From positions 2,009 through 66,008 of the forward strand of contig JAFYPD010000028.1 in the NCBI GenBank assembly GCA_017547685.1: a DNA stretch of 64,000 nucleotides. The letters are read 5' to 3'. Shown here in pieces: positions 55,534 to 64,000 of this stretch (positions are counted from its first letter, which is position 1; every line of letters begins with the position of its first letter). The translations under genes and the position numbers were made by a program. Source of the DNA: Peptococcaceae bacterium (lineage in GTDB: Bacteria > Bacillota > Peptococcia > Peptococcales > Peptococcaceae). The notes beneath the pieces are model-generated. The model worked only from the letters and a program-made list of their open reading frames with translations. It made no database searches and was not told where the DNA came from.

Positions 55534-56751
55534 ATGTATGCACTATTCCAAATAGTATTATCTCTGGCGCTTATGATTGCGCTGCTGAATAAGCGAGTTC
55601 CTATCAGCTATGCTGTGCTGGCAGCCACGCTCGTGCTGTTTGTGCTGTCAGGGCTGGTTCCATCCCATCTGGGCGAAGCCCTTTACTCCACGGCTGTGAG
55701 CTTCACAACATGGAATATGGTGTTCACCCTCTATCTGGTGATGTGCCTGGAATATATCCTGCGCACCAGCGGAATTCTGAAAAATTTTACCCAGGCCGCC
55801 GGCAATCTGTTCCACGACAACCGCATTGTACTGGCCGTGATGCCCGCCTTTTTAGGCTTTCTGCCTTCGCTTGGAGGCGCTATCTTCTCCGCTCCGATGG
55901 TAGAGGAAGCGGCACAGCCGTATAAACTGTCACCGGAAAAGAAAACCGCTATCAACTACTGGTTCCGTCATGTGTGGGAATTCTGTAATCCGATTCTGCC
56001 TTCCCTGCTGTTGGCCTCCACCTTCACCGCCATTCCGATTGGACAGATTGTGGGCCATCAGTTTATTATGTCTTTCGCCGCAATCTTTATCGGTGCTGTG
56101 CTGATGCTGCGGGGAAAAGAGTATGAAATTACAGAACAGCCTGAAAACACAGAGATAACCGGCAATAAAAAAGAACAGATTACTGCCGTGGTGTTAGCCA
56201 TCGGCCCGATTCTGCTCAATGTATTTTTTGTTACGGTGTGCAATATGAATACCACCGCATCTATGCTGCTGATTGTGGCACTTCTGGCGATTGTACTGCG
56301 TTACACACCAAAGCAGTGGATTGCCATGTTCCGGGATTCCTTAAACATACCAATCATCACCAGCATTCTGTCTATTCTGTTTTTCCAGGGAATGTTATAT
56401 GCCGCCGGCACCATCGACGGACTGATTGCATTTTTCCAGTCATCGGGCATTCCTGCCAGTGCAGTTGTTTATTTAACCGCCTTCTTTATGGGATTGCTCA
56501 CCGGCCTGCCGCAAGGGTTCGCAGCCATCGCCTTTCCGCTGATTCTGCCGATGCTGGGGCCCGGCAGCCTGGATGCACTGGCACTCACCTATATCTGCGG
56601 TTTAACCGGCGTGATGTTATCACCGGCCCACCTGTGTCTGATTGTTACCGTGGAGTATTTTCACTCCACCATGTTCGGATCGTTGAAACCGGCCGCCATT
56701 GCACAGGTTTTCCTGCTGGCTTTCTGCTTTATCTGGATGACTGTGTTTTAA
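55534..56751 (+). CDS. Polytopic membrane protein, DUF401-like (putative transporter)
   Basis: About 10-12 hydrophobic segments. PAFLGFLPSLGGAIFSAPMVEEA and NYWFRHVWEF resemble what I recall of DUF401. ATG 55534 is preferred over TTG 55498. Confidence 0.55.
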   Translation: MYALFQIVLSLALMIALLNKRVPISYAVLAATLVLFVLSGLVPSHLGEALYSTAVSFTTWNMVFTLYLVMCLEYILRTSGILKNFTQAAGNLFHDNRIVLAVMPAFLGFLPSLGGAIFSAPMVEEAAQPYKLSPEKKTAINYWFRHVWEFCNPILPSLLLASTFTAIPIGQIVGHQFIMSFAAIFIGAVLMLRGKEYEITEQPENTEITGNKKEQITAVVLAIGPILLNVFFVTVCNMNTTASMLLIVALLAIVLRYTPKQWIAMFRDSLNIPIITSILSILFFQGMLYAAGTIDGLIAFFQSSGIPASAVVYLTAFFMGLLTGLPQGFAAIAFPLILPMLGPGSLDALALTYICGLTGVMLSPAHLCLIVTVEYFHSTMFGSLKPAAIAQVFLLAFCFIWMTVF

Positions 56752-56804
56752 CGCCAGCCCGGAAACAAGTTCTTTAATCATATCTTATGAAAAAACAATA
56801 CACA

Positions 56805-56978
56805 AAAACCAGAAACAGACAGTATTGTGAACGGCGCCTTCGCGCTCGAAATGGACTTTTCCGCAGGCTGTTCAGCTGTGTCGGATTGGCGTTTACGCCG
56901 AATCCGACAAAAACAAACAACCAAGGATGCCCAGAGAGGCGAGGAAAGCCTGTAAGTAAACTGTCTGTTTCTGGTTTT
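56805..56978. repeat. 174-bp element bounded by 19-bp perfect inverted repeats, with an internal 12-bp hairpin
   Basis: aaaaccagaaacagacagt (56805-56823) is the exact reverse complement of actgtctgtttctggtttt (56960-56978). The inner stem gtcggattggcg/cgccgaatccgac (56880-56908) has one bulge. The element lies between convergent stops 56751 and 57001. Confidence 0.6.
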
Positions 56979-57000
56979 ATAACTGTTACATAACCTCTAT

Positions 57001-58980
57001 TTACGATACTGGTTTAAACTGATTAAAATACTCCACTACACCTGCATAAATACCTTCCGCCAGTTTCTGACGGTATTCATCGGTTGCAAGCAGTGCCTCA
57101 TCGTGCGGGTTGCTGAGAAACGCCGTTTCCACCAGTACTGATGGATGATTATTCAGCCGCAGTACATAATAGTTGGCCGATTTTGTCACCGATTTTTCGC
57201 TGGTGCTGATTTTAAGCCCGTCACAGATTTTCTGTGCCAGATTATCGGCAAGCGCTTTCTGGCTATAGATTTTACCATTATACGTATAGGTTTGCGCCCC
57301 GGTGGCTGTGGTCTGATCTTCGGTGGAATTAGCATGAATGCTGATATAAATATCCGGTTCCAGAGCATTACTCATCTCGATACGTTCCGTCACAAATACC
57401 TGTTCATTGCGCGCTAAGTCGCCGCGGGTAAATACAACCGTCGCCCCCTGATCCTCCAGCAGCTTCTGCAGTTTGCAGGCAACGGTATAACCCACATCAG
57501 CATCAGTTACATGTTTCATCGTACGCCCCTCGGCACCAACATCCGCCCCGCCGTGGCCAGGATCCAGCACAACCGTACGACCAGCCAGACCGCTGCCTGT
57601 CTGATAGCAGTTCAGAATGAGCCAGTCACCTTCCTGCACCACATCAGTATAACTGCCTTTCTCATATTCCAGTGTCACAGCTGCTTTGCCGTTTCCAGCC
57701 GAAGCAACTTTTACCACGAAGCCTCCGCCCTGAGCCGACAACACATTGTTCACATTCACATTATCCAGTGTCAGTTTCAGCTGCGTTTCGCTGACAGCAT
57801 CCACACTGTAAATATTTCCTTCCCCGTTTCGGATAGATAATATGGTTTTTCTGCCATCCTGCACAATCTGTCCCAGTTCAGCATCGGTTCGCTCACCAGT
57901 AGAAACATCAGCACTGTTTGCAGCCTCTGCTTTGCTGGTCGATACCAGCCAGGAGGCCACCCATAATCTGGCACCATCCTCCATCTGTACCCGATACCAC
58001 ACTTTTCCATCTTTATCTGTGCTGTTGCCAACCACAGTCAGCGCATCACCTTCCAGCACCTGGCCGCCGCGCTCGTAATCTGTCCCAGCTCCAGTACGCA
58101 GATTCACCACATTCCCAGTGACATATACAGTTGTACCATTAGTAATTGTAGTTGTACTCTGCATGTTATTATTTTTGTCGGCAGAAGAATCCGGTTTCGC
58201 CGTCTGTGTCACATTCACCAGCCAGGAGGCAATCCAGCCCTGGCTGTCGTTCTCCGTCTGTACCTGATACCACACTTTGCCGTCAGCGTCAGTTCCGATG
58301 CCCAGTACGAGCAGAGAAGTGCCTGCGGTCACCTGTCCAGCCACGCGATTGTTTGTGCCGGCACCGCTTCTCAAATTCACCAGGTCACCGGTTACAACAG
58401 CCGTTTTTCCCTGAGAATCGTCAGACATGACCGATGTGGGCACTGGTGAAATATTCAGCCCGTTTTCCGCATCAAAGGTATAATTCCAGCCAAACTCGTC
58501 CACCGCAAACCGCCAGGTCAGCGGAAAATAGGTCACATCACGGAACACCAGAAGCGGATATTCCTCTTTGCTGTTGTCCACCGGTTTTCCATTCACTTTG
58601 ATAGCAAACCCTGGCCGGATCGCGGAATAACTGTTTATATTGGTGCTGTCGCTGATATACGGCACATACTGCTGCTGTGCTGTCAGCTGATCCGGTACAA
58701 AGGCAGCTTTTTCAATCCCCAGTCCGGTTTCCATGGTCCATGCCGTTTCCAGGCCTAAAAGGCGGGCATCGTGATAAGTCATGGCTACATAGGTGATATT
58801 TTTATACACCAGCAGCGGATACTGCAGCTGTGTCTGGTCAAAGGCAATACCGTTCAGTGTTACCGGAAAGGACGGCAGCGTTACCGTCACCTGTTCATCC
58901 GCCATGGCAGCGCCGACCGGTGTCAGCAGTAAACCCGCAGTGAGACAGAGTGTCAATATTGTTTTCTTCACATGCTTCAT
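57001..58980 (-). CDS. Secreted N-acetylmuramoyl-L-alanine amidase (Amidase_3) with N-terminal YPLLV(Y/F) module and two SH3b domains
   Basis: Signal peptide MKHVKKTILTLCLTAGLLLTPVGAAMA. Two repeats of V(T/V)G..VNLR(S/T)GAGT......G.....G......G....D.DGKVWY.VQ......W(I/V)ASWLV (SH3b). C-terminal VLDPGHGGADVGA...ISIHANS...VLVETAFLSNPHD. Confidence 0.85.
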   Translation of the reverse strand: MKHVKKTILTLCLTAGLLLTPVGAAMADEQVTVTLPSFPVTLNGIAFDQTQLQYPLLVYKNITYVAMTYHDARLLGLETAWTMETGLGIEKAAFVPDQLTAQQQYVPYISDSTNINSYSAIRPGFAIKVNGKPVDNSKEEYPLLVFRDVTYFPLTWRFAVDEFGWNYTFDAENGLNISPVPTSVMSDDSQGKTAVVTGDLVNLRSGAGTNNRVAGQVTAGTSLLVLGIGTDADGKVWYQVQTENDSQGWIASWLVNVTQTAKPDSSADKNNNMQSTTTITNGTTVYVTGNVVNLRTGAGTDYERGGQVLEGDALTVVGNSTDKDGKVWYRVQMEDGARLWVASWLVSTSKAEAANSADVSTGERTDAELGQIVQDGRKTILSIRNGEGNIYSVDAVSETQLKLTLDNVNVNNVLSAQGGGFVVKVASAGNGKAAVTLEYEKGSYTDVVQEGDWLILNCYQTGSGLAGRTVVLDPGHGGADVGAEGRTMKHVTDADVGYTVACKLQKLLEDQGATVVFTRGDLARNEQVFVTERIEMSNALEPDIYISIHANSTEDQTTATGAQTYTYNGKIYSQKALADNLAQKICDGLKISTSEKSVTKSANYYVLRLNNHPSVLVETAFLSNPHDEALLATDEYRQKLAEGIYAGVVEYFNQFKPVS

Positions 58981-59194
58981 TCCTTTTTTAATAATTTTGT
59001 TGAATTTTTTTAACCTATATTCCTATATCTATTATTTTACACCGAAAGAATTATTGCAAGCATTTTTTTTAACACAAACTTCATCTATATCTGTATTAGT
59101 CCAGCAATCGCTTTGTCTGTGACCGGCATTCAGACGCCGTATTTTACATTGTAAGCGAGGAAATATACGTTTCGCCCCCCTCTACTATCACAGC

Positions 59195-59222
59195 AAAAAA
59201 GAGCCGCCCATTCGGACAGCTC
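59195..59222 (-). terminator. Intrinsic terminator after degV
   Basis: The minus strand reads gagctgtcc-gaat-gggcggctc (9 bp including 2 G-U pairs) followed by tttttt, 21 nt after stop 59243. Confidence 0.6.
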
Positions 59223-59242
59223 CATATCCATATATTCTAAAA

Positions 59243-60103
59243 TTATTTCAACTGGTAAAATGCCAGACCGACTGCGCCCATACCAATATGCGTTGCTACA
59301 ACACTGCCAATCTGCAAATAGATAAATTCATCACATTGAACCTTTTCTTTCAGCTTTTCTACCATATAGTCAGCAATCTCTCTGTTATCACAATATCCTA
59401 CTGTACAATACAGTTTTTTGTCTGGATCAATTTTTTCTGCCAGAATCGCAATCAATCGTTCTAGTGCCTTGTTATCCTTATTGCCGCGCACCTTCTCATA
59501 GGCGCTGATAACGCCATCACTCAGGCACAGCACCGGCTTGATATTCAGCAGAGAACCAAACAGATGGCTTGCCTTGCCGATACGGCCGCCCTTGTGCAGG
59601 TTGTCCAGCGAATCCAGCAGAAAATAGATGGCTGTTTTCTGAATAATTTCTTCTATGCGCTGCAGAATCACATTCAGTTCCAGCCCTTCTTCCACCAGCC
59701 GGGCCGCCGAAAGAACAATCAAACCAAGCCCCATCGTCGCAGTGCGGCTATCAAAATTATACACTTTCACTGCCCCGTCCACCAGACCGGCAGCCAGTAC
59801 ACTGCTCTGATAGGTGCCGCTCAGTTCGCTGGAAATATGGATGGAAATGATATGTTCTGCGTCCTCTGCCGCCAGTTCCCGGTATGCCTCCGCAAACGCA
59901 GCCGGTGACGGCTGAGAAGTCGTCGGCAGTTCTTTTGCAGACTGCAGCAGTTTATAGTATTCATCATTGCTGATATCAATTTTATCTTTATAGGCTTTGC
60001 CTTCCACCAGAACTTCCAGCGGTACAACTTTAATGCCATATCGTTCTACCAGTTCCGGTGTCAGGTCTGCAGTACTGTCAGTCACAATTCTGATGTTCGA
60101 CAT
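59243..60103 (-). CDS. degV: DegV-family fatty-acid-binding protein
   Basis: IRIVTDSTADL, TSQPSPAAF, ISIHISSELSGTYQS and HIGMGAVGLAF motifs. Confidence 0.9.
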   Translation of the reverse strand: MSNIRIVTDSTADLTPELVERYGIKVVPLEVLVEGKAYKDKIDISNDEYYKLLQSAKELPTTSQPSPAAFAEAYRELAAEDAEHIISIHISSELSGTYQSSVLAAGLVDGAVKVYNFDSRTATMGLGLIVLSAARLVEEGLELNVILQRIEEIIQKTAIYFLLDSLDNLHKGGRIGKASHLFGSLLNIKPVLCLSDGVISAYEKVRGNKDNKALERLIAILAEKIDPDKKLYCTVGYCDNREIADYMVEKLKEKVQCDEFIYLQIGSVVATHIGMGAVGLAFYQLK

Positions 60104-60143
60104 GTTAAATCCTCCCCGTTAGCAGTTCTACCAATTCGTCGGT

Positions 60144-61844
60144 TTATTCAACAGAAATGAGATAAGAATAAACGGCCTGTGCACCGTTATACAGTTCAAA
60201 ATCTGCACCTGGATAGATCTCTTCCAGATATGTCAGCAGTTCACCGGCAGCCTCTTCTGTCACATCTGCGCCGTAGTATAAAGTTACCAGTTCAGCTTCG
60301 TTCATTTCCATGTTTTCCAGCGTATCACGGATTAACTGCTGCATTTCATCGCCGACAGCTTTAATTTTGCCTTCCACAATGCCCAGCAGCTGCCCTTCTC
60401 TGATTTCAAACGCATCAATGGAAGTATCACGTACCGCGTAGGTGACTTCACCGGAACGCACATACTGCATGGATTCTGTCATGGCTTCCACATTGTCAGC
60501 CAGCCCGCTCTCGCTGTCATAAGCCATAAGCGCAGCAATCCCCTGCGGGATGGTGCGGCTTGCTACCACCTGAACCTGTACATCCTTGCTCATTTTCGCA
60601 GCCTGATCTGCAGCCATGATAATATTTTTATTGTTTGGCAGCAGAACAACCTGATCTGCATTCACTTTTTCGATTGCGTTGATGAAATCTTCGGTACTTG
60701 GGTTCATGGTCTGACCACCGGTGATAACATAATCAACGCCCAGGCTGGTGAAAATCTCATTCAGCCCTTCCCCTGCACTGACCGCAACCACTGCCATATG
60801 TTTGTGTTCCGCAGGCAGCTCCATACTGCTGTCCGCTACGCCAAACCGCTCACTCTGCGCTTTCATATTTTCAATTTTCATATCGTTTAAATCGCCGTAT
60901 TCCACAAAGTATTCCAGCACTTTGCCCGGACGATTAGTATGCACATGTACTTTTGTGATATCACCGGTGCTCACCACCAGAACGCAGTCACCCAGTGCGC
61001 CCAGATATTCGCGGGCAGCCTCTGCATCAACCTGCTGGCCCTGTCTGCCGCGCACAATTAATTCTGTACAGTACTGGAATGTAATCTGATCCGGATGAAT
61101 GTGGAATTCCGGATAATCATTCTCAACTGCAGCGTCCTGTTTATTTTCTGCTGCAAAGTCAATCTGGCCATTTAAGCCAGCCAGCATCCCTTCCACAATC
61201 GTCAGCAGACCTTTCGCACCGGCATCCACTACACCGGCCTGTTTCAGCACCGGTAAAATTTCCGGTGTGCGTTCCAGACTGCGGCAGCCTTCCTCCAGAT
61301 ATGCTTTCAGGCAATCTTCGATGGTAAAACTGTCATTGTAAACAGATGTTAAATATTCACTTGCTTCTCTGCAGACGGTCAGGATGGTACCTTCCTGCGG
61401 TTTTACAACCGCTTTATAGGCAGATTCCACCCCGCCGGCAAACCCCTCTACAAAACTTTTCGCATCAGCTTCGTTGCCCTTTGTCACAAACACTCTGGAA
61501 ATGCCGCCTAAAATCTGCGACAGAATAACACCCGAGTTGCCGCGGGCGCCCATAAGTGCACCGTAAGACATCTGCTCTGCCACTTTGGCAACCGTTACAT
61601 CTTCCTCTGGAATCTGACCCAGAAAACGTGCTACAGAATTTAAAGTTAAGGACATATTTGTGCCAGTATCGCCATCCGGTACTGGAAAAACATTCAGGCT
61701 GTCAATCGATGCTTTGTCTGTATTCAGTTTGTTTACCCCTGCAAGAACCATGTTCATAAACAGTTTTCCATCAATACATGTATAATCCAACGCAAGATCC
61801 TCCCCGTTTTTTCCCGATAAATCTATCTTATAATCATACATCAT
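60144..61844 (-). CDS. DAK2-domain protein (YloV-like, fatty-acid kinase/DhaL-related)
   Basis: VFPVPDGDTGTNMSLT, GARGNSGVILSQI and PQEGTILTV DhaL-type motifs, plus a long C-terminal domain. Confidence 0.85.
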   Translation of the reverse strand: MMYDYKIDLSGKNGEDLALDYTCIDGKLFMNMVLAGVNKLNTDKASIDSLNVFPVPDGDTGTNMSLTLNSVARFLGQIPEEDVTVAKVAEQMSYGALMGARGNSGVILSQILGGISRVFVTKGNEADAKSFVEGFAGGVESAYKAVVKPQEGTILTVCREASEYLTSVYNDSFTIEDCLKAYLEEGCRSLERTPEILPVLKQAGVVDAGAKGLLTIVEGMLAGLNGQIDFAAENKQDAAVENDYPEFHIHPDQITFQYCTELIVRGRQGQQVDAEAAREYLGALGDCVLVVSTGDITKVHVHTNRPGKVLEYFVEYGDLNDMKIENMKAQSERFGVADSSMELPAEHKHMAVVAVSAGEGLNEIFTSLGVDYVITGGQTMNPSTEDFINAIEKVNADQVVLLPNNKNIIMAADQAAKMSKDVQVQVVASRTIPQGIAALMAYDSESGLADNVEAMTESMQYVRSGEVTYAVRDTSIDAFEIREGQLLGIVEGKIKAVGDEMQQLIRDTLENMEMNEAELVTLYYGADVTEEAAGELLTYLEEIYPGADFELYNGAQAVYSYLISVE

Positions 61845-61922
61845 TCCGAGGAACTTTGCAATTTTTATCTCATTTTTCCTGAAAAATTTTTCTATACCCT
61901 CTATAGAATGACGACGCTATCA

Positions 61923-63110
61923 TCAATAGTACTCGTTGATATACAGATTCTGCACCGGCCACAAACGCTGCAGTACAGCAGCAGTCTCTTTCCCGGTCTG
62001 CAGAAGATTCTGCCGCTGCAGCTGTTCTGCACTGCGGGCACCCATCACCAGCTGGCTCAATGCCTCGATTGTGATGGTGCAGTCAGCCTCGTTTCCCCGG
62101 TTTTCCTCCAGAGCTGTCACGCTGGCCTGTCCATCCGCAATCTGAATGGCAAAAACACCGTGATTCCAGGCTGCAAAGGTATCTTTCACCGCCATGCAGA
62201 AGGCTGCTTTCTCTTCAGCCGGATAACAAATTGTTTCCAGGCACTGCTTTACATCCACAATGCGCGCCATCAGGAACGGATATCGCACCGCAGCATGTTT
62301 CGATGCAGCCATCTGATACACCAGAATATCATCATCAGGCAGTTCCAGCCGCAGCCTTTTATTTTCCGGCACAGCTTTCATCAGAAAATCCAGCAGCCCG
62401 GCACGGGCATCTTCCCGACACCATGCCATCTCGCGGATGAAAATCTTATCTTCCATCGGGGTCCACAGACAATAGCCTTCGGCCGTTCCGTCCTGCTCAA
62501 TCAGATAACAGACTGTCTGTTCCAGTGCCGCATCTTCCAGCAGCAGCTGCCAGTTCTGCGCACTGCGTAACACCGTGCCGTCATAGTTTTCTGCGAACAC
62601 CTCATAAATTCGCTGTAAATCGTCCGCAGCCTCAAACAGACCTGCCTGTCGAATAGTTCCCCATTTTTTTGCCGCACAGCGCAGTTCCTTCGGCGCTATC
62701 TCAATCTGCTGATGAAAATAGCAGAACGGCCAGCCATACCGGTAATAAAACTGCCCTTCAAAAGGCATCAACAGACTGACTGGCTGTCTGTGCTCCCGCT
62801 GCATATGCAGACATTCCTGCAGCAAAGTACGGGCATAGCCTCTATTCCGCGCTTCCGGAGCTGTACATACGCCCACAACATAACCGCAATCCAGTGCAGT
62901 GCCGCGCAGCTGAATACGATAGGGAATCACCTGCGCCGCAGCCAGTATTTTTTCCTCAGCAAACAGCCCCAGTGTATGCTCCGGCTGATAGTACCGTTCA
63001 AAATACCACCGTACAAATTCCGGTGTATCATCAAAGCACTGGAGCCACAGCTGTTTCACCTGTGCCTTATCTTCTGCGTTTGCCCGTCGGCCGAATACGG
63101 TATCAGTCAT
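61923..63110 (-). CDS. GNAT N-acetyltransferase, Eis-like architecture (GNAT plus sterol-carrier-like C-terminus)
   Basis: 395 aa. VGVCTAPEARNRGYARTLLQECL is the acetyl-CoA-binding motif A. Length and N-terminal W..CF..D pattern match the Eis/YpeA-like family. Confidence 0.7.
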   Translation of the reverse strand: MTDTVFGRRANAEDKAQVKQLWLQCFDDTPEFVRWYFERYYQPEHTLGLFAEEKILAAAQVIPYRIQLRGTALDCGYVVGVCTAPEARNRGYARTLLQECLHMQREHRQPVSLLMPFEGQFYYRYGWPFCYFHQQIEIAPKELRCAAKKWGTIRQAGLFEAADDLQRIYEVFAENYDGTVLRSAQNWQLLLEDAALEQTVCYLIEQDGTAEGYCLWTPMEDKIFIREMAWCREDARAGLLDFLMKAVPENKRLRLELPDDDILVYQMAASKHAAVRYPFLMARIVDVKQCLETICYPAEEKAAFCMAVKDTFAAWNHGVFAIQIADGQASVTALEENRGNEADCTITIEALSQLVMGARSAEQLQRQNLLQTGKETAAVLQRLWPVQNLYINEYY

Positions 63111-63997
63111 CCCTGATACACTCCCTTATACTTTTTCACCAGCGATACCGGATGATACGATAATTTTGCTTTGCGCAAGCCCTCATCCCCGGTATCCTCC
63201 TCCCGGTTTACAAACGCTACATCCGGCCACTCATGCAGCAGAAACTCCTGATTAATGGCGCCATACAGCCCGTTAATCAGACTGTTTGCCTTCTCAACAT
63301 GGATAACAACCGTATTGTCATTGAGTTTTTCCCCAAAGGTGAATGCCTCAATCTGGCCATGTAATCGAATCACAGCACCTTTATAATCCAGCTGTTCAAA
63401 ATGATCCAGTGCTTCCCGAATGGCCTGTCTTTCACAAATCAGCCCGTCACTGAATTTCCCGCTGCAGGCTTTCTGCTTACACCACAGCTGCATATACGCC
63501 CAAACATCCTCCAGCATATCGGCAGTTATGGTCTGATATTCATAGTCCGGGTAATTTTTACGGAAATTACTTAAATGATTGCGTTTGCTGTGGTATTTGC
63601 GGCCTTTCAGTTCACGCAAATCGTCACCGCTGTATAAATAATCCTCTAAATCCCGTTCTTCTTCCAGCGCAAACATCCCCGGACAGGTTTCTTCCAGTAC
63701 GGCTGCAAAGGATTCCGTGACTGCACGCAGCATCAGCGGTTTTCCCTGCGCTGCAAAATAATCGCAGAGCTGCAGCAGCACGCCTTTCAGATCACAGGTA
63801 TCATAATCGCCGTATGGCGGCAGAATCCAGCTTTCCTCCGCCTGCCCGGGCTTAATCACCAGCAGGCCGTCCACAACCGTCCACTGTACCGCATAGCAGT
63901 CACGCCAGATAAACAGATTGGTAAAAGTGCACTCTGAATTGTTGTACTGACCCTTCCGGAAATAGTCATCAATCAGTGCTTTGTCTTCTAATGTCAA
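63107..63997 (-). CDS. DUF2156-domain protein (homologue of the MprF/LysX C-terminal aminoacyl-phosphatidylglycerol synthase domain)
   Basis: YFRKGQYNNSECTFTNLFIWRDCY... and YHSKRNHLSNFRK... are DUF2156 hallmarks. The stop overlaps the GNAT start (ATGA). Confidence 0.7.
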   Translation of the reverse strand: MTLEDKALIDDYFRKGQYNNSECTFTNLFIWRDCYAVQWTVVDGLLVIKPGQAEESWILPPYGDYDTCDLKGVLLQLCDYFAAQGKPLMLRAVTESFAAVLEETCPGMFALEEERDLEDYLYSGDDLRELKGRKYHSKRNHLSNFRKNYPDYEYQTITADMLEDVWAYMQLWCKQKACSGKFSDGLICERQAIREALDHFEQLDYKGAVIRLHGQIEAFTFGEKLNDNTVVIHVEKANSLINGLYGAINQEFLLHEWPDVAFVNREEDTGDEGLRKAKLSYHPVSLVKKYKGVYQG

Positions 63998-64000
63998 ATC

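Noticed and set aside
56787-56993. 68-aa + ORF (MKKQYTKTRNRQYCERRLRARNG...)
   Set aside because: It is exactly co-extensive with the nested inverted-repeat element, is low-complexity and basic, and has no RBS. It is treated as non-coding.
1-64000. Search by eye for tRNA, rRNA, CRISPR arrays, integrases, IS elements with terminal inverted repeats, and prophage genes
   Set aside because: None was recognised. The only mobile-DNA signatures are the Rpn-type genes, the relaxase remnant, the degenerate resolvase homologue and the 174-bp inverted-repeat element.

Overview
About 64 kb of chromosome from a Bacillota (Firmicutes)-type genome, roughly 50-55% GC by eye. Gene packing is dense and almost every gene lies on the minus strand. 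No rRNA, tRNA or CRISPR array was seen. The core content is housekeeping: uxaA-type dehydratase, yfcE, recO, a small alarmone synthetase, rqcH, pgi, galU, sbcDC, the yicC-remA-gmk-rpoZ-coaBC-metK block, a ygiQ plus GlcDEF-like oxidoreductase cluster, sdaAB/AA, an ilvB-ilvN-ilvC-ilvB operon, a cell-wall amidase, degV and a DAK2 protein. Several accessory or decayed patches interrupt this. (1) 1.5-4.0 kb is a gene graveyard holding a collapsed ABC ATPase, a relaxase remnant and an intact Rpn-family nuclease/putative transposase gene; the Rpn gene is bracketed by diverged direct copies of the uxaA 3' end. (2) 12.4-13.2 kb holds a second, decayed Rpn-type gene bracketed in the same way by two copies of the pgi 5' end. 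(3) 9.9-11.2 kb carries a Uma2 endonuclease and a serine-recombinase homologue that lacks the catalytic serine. (4) 14.1-23.5 kb is an ABC-transporter-dependent polysaccharide locus (galactofuranose, pyruvylation); its left half is a ~30-33% GC island that includes an 812-aa FrhB-like/pyruvyl-transferase fusion, and its control region carries two copies of a 36-bp palindrome 126 bp apart. (5) A dinJ-yafQ toxin-antitoxin pair lies at 32 kb. The candidates I consider most worth follow-up are: the recurring architecture of an Rpn gene flanked by a duplicated host gene end; a 1286-aa tandem-DUF445 membrane protein tightly coupled to sbcD-sbcC; the twin palindromes; a 174-bp nested inverted-repeat element at 56.8 kb; and an unnamed repeat module shared by two secreted proteins. 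All protein-family calls come from motif recognition by eye, with no database search. Coordinates of non-ORF features are hand-counted and may be off by 1-2 nt.
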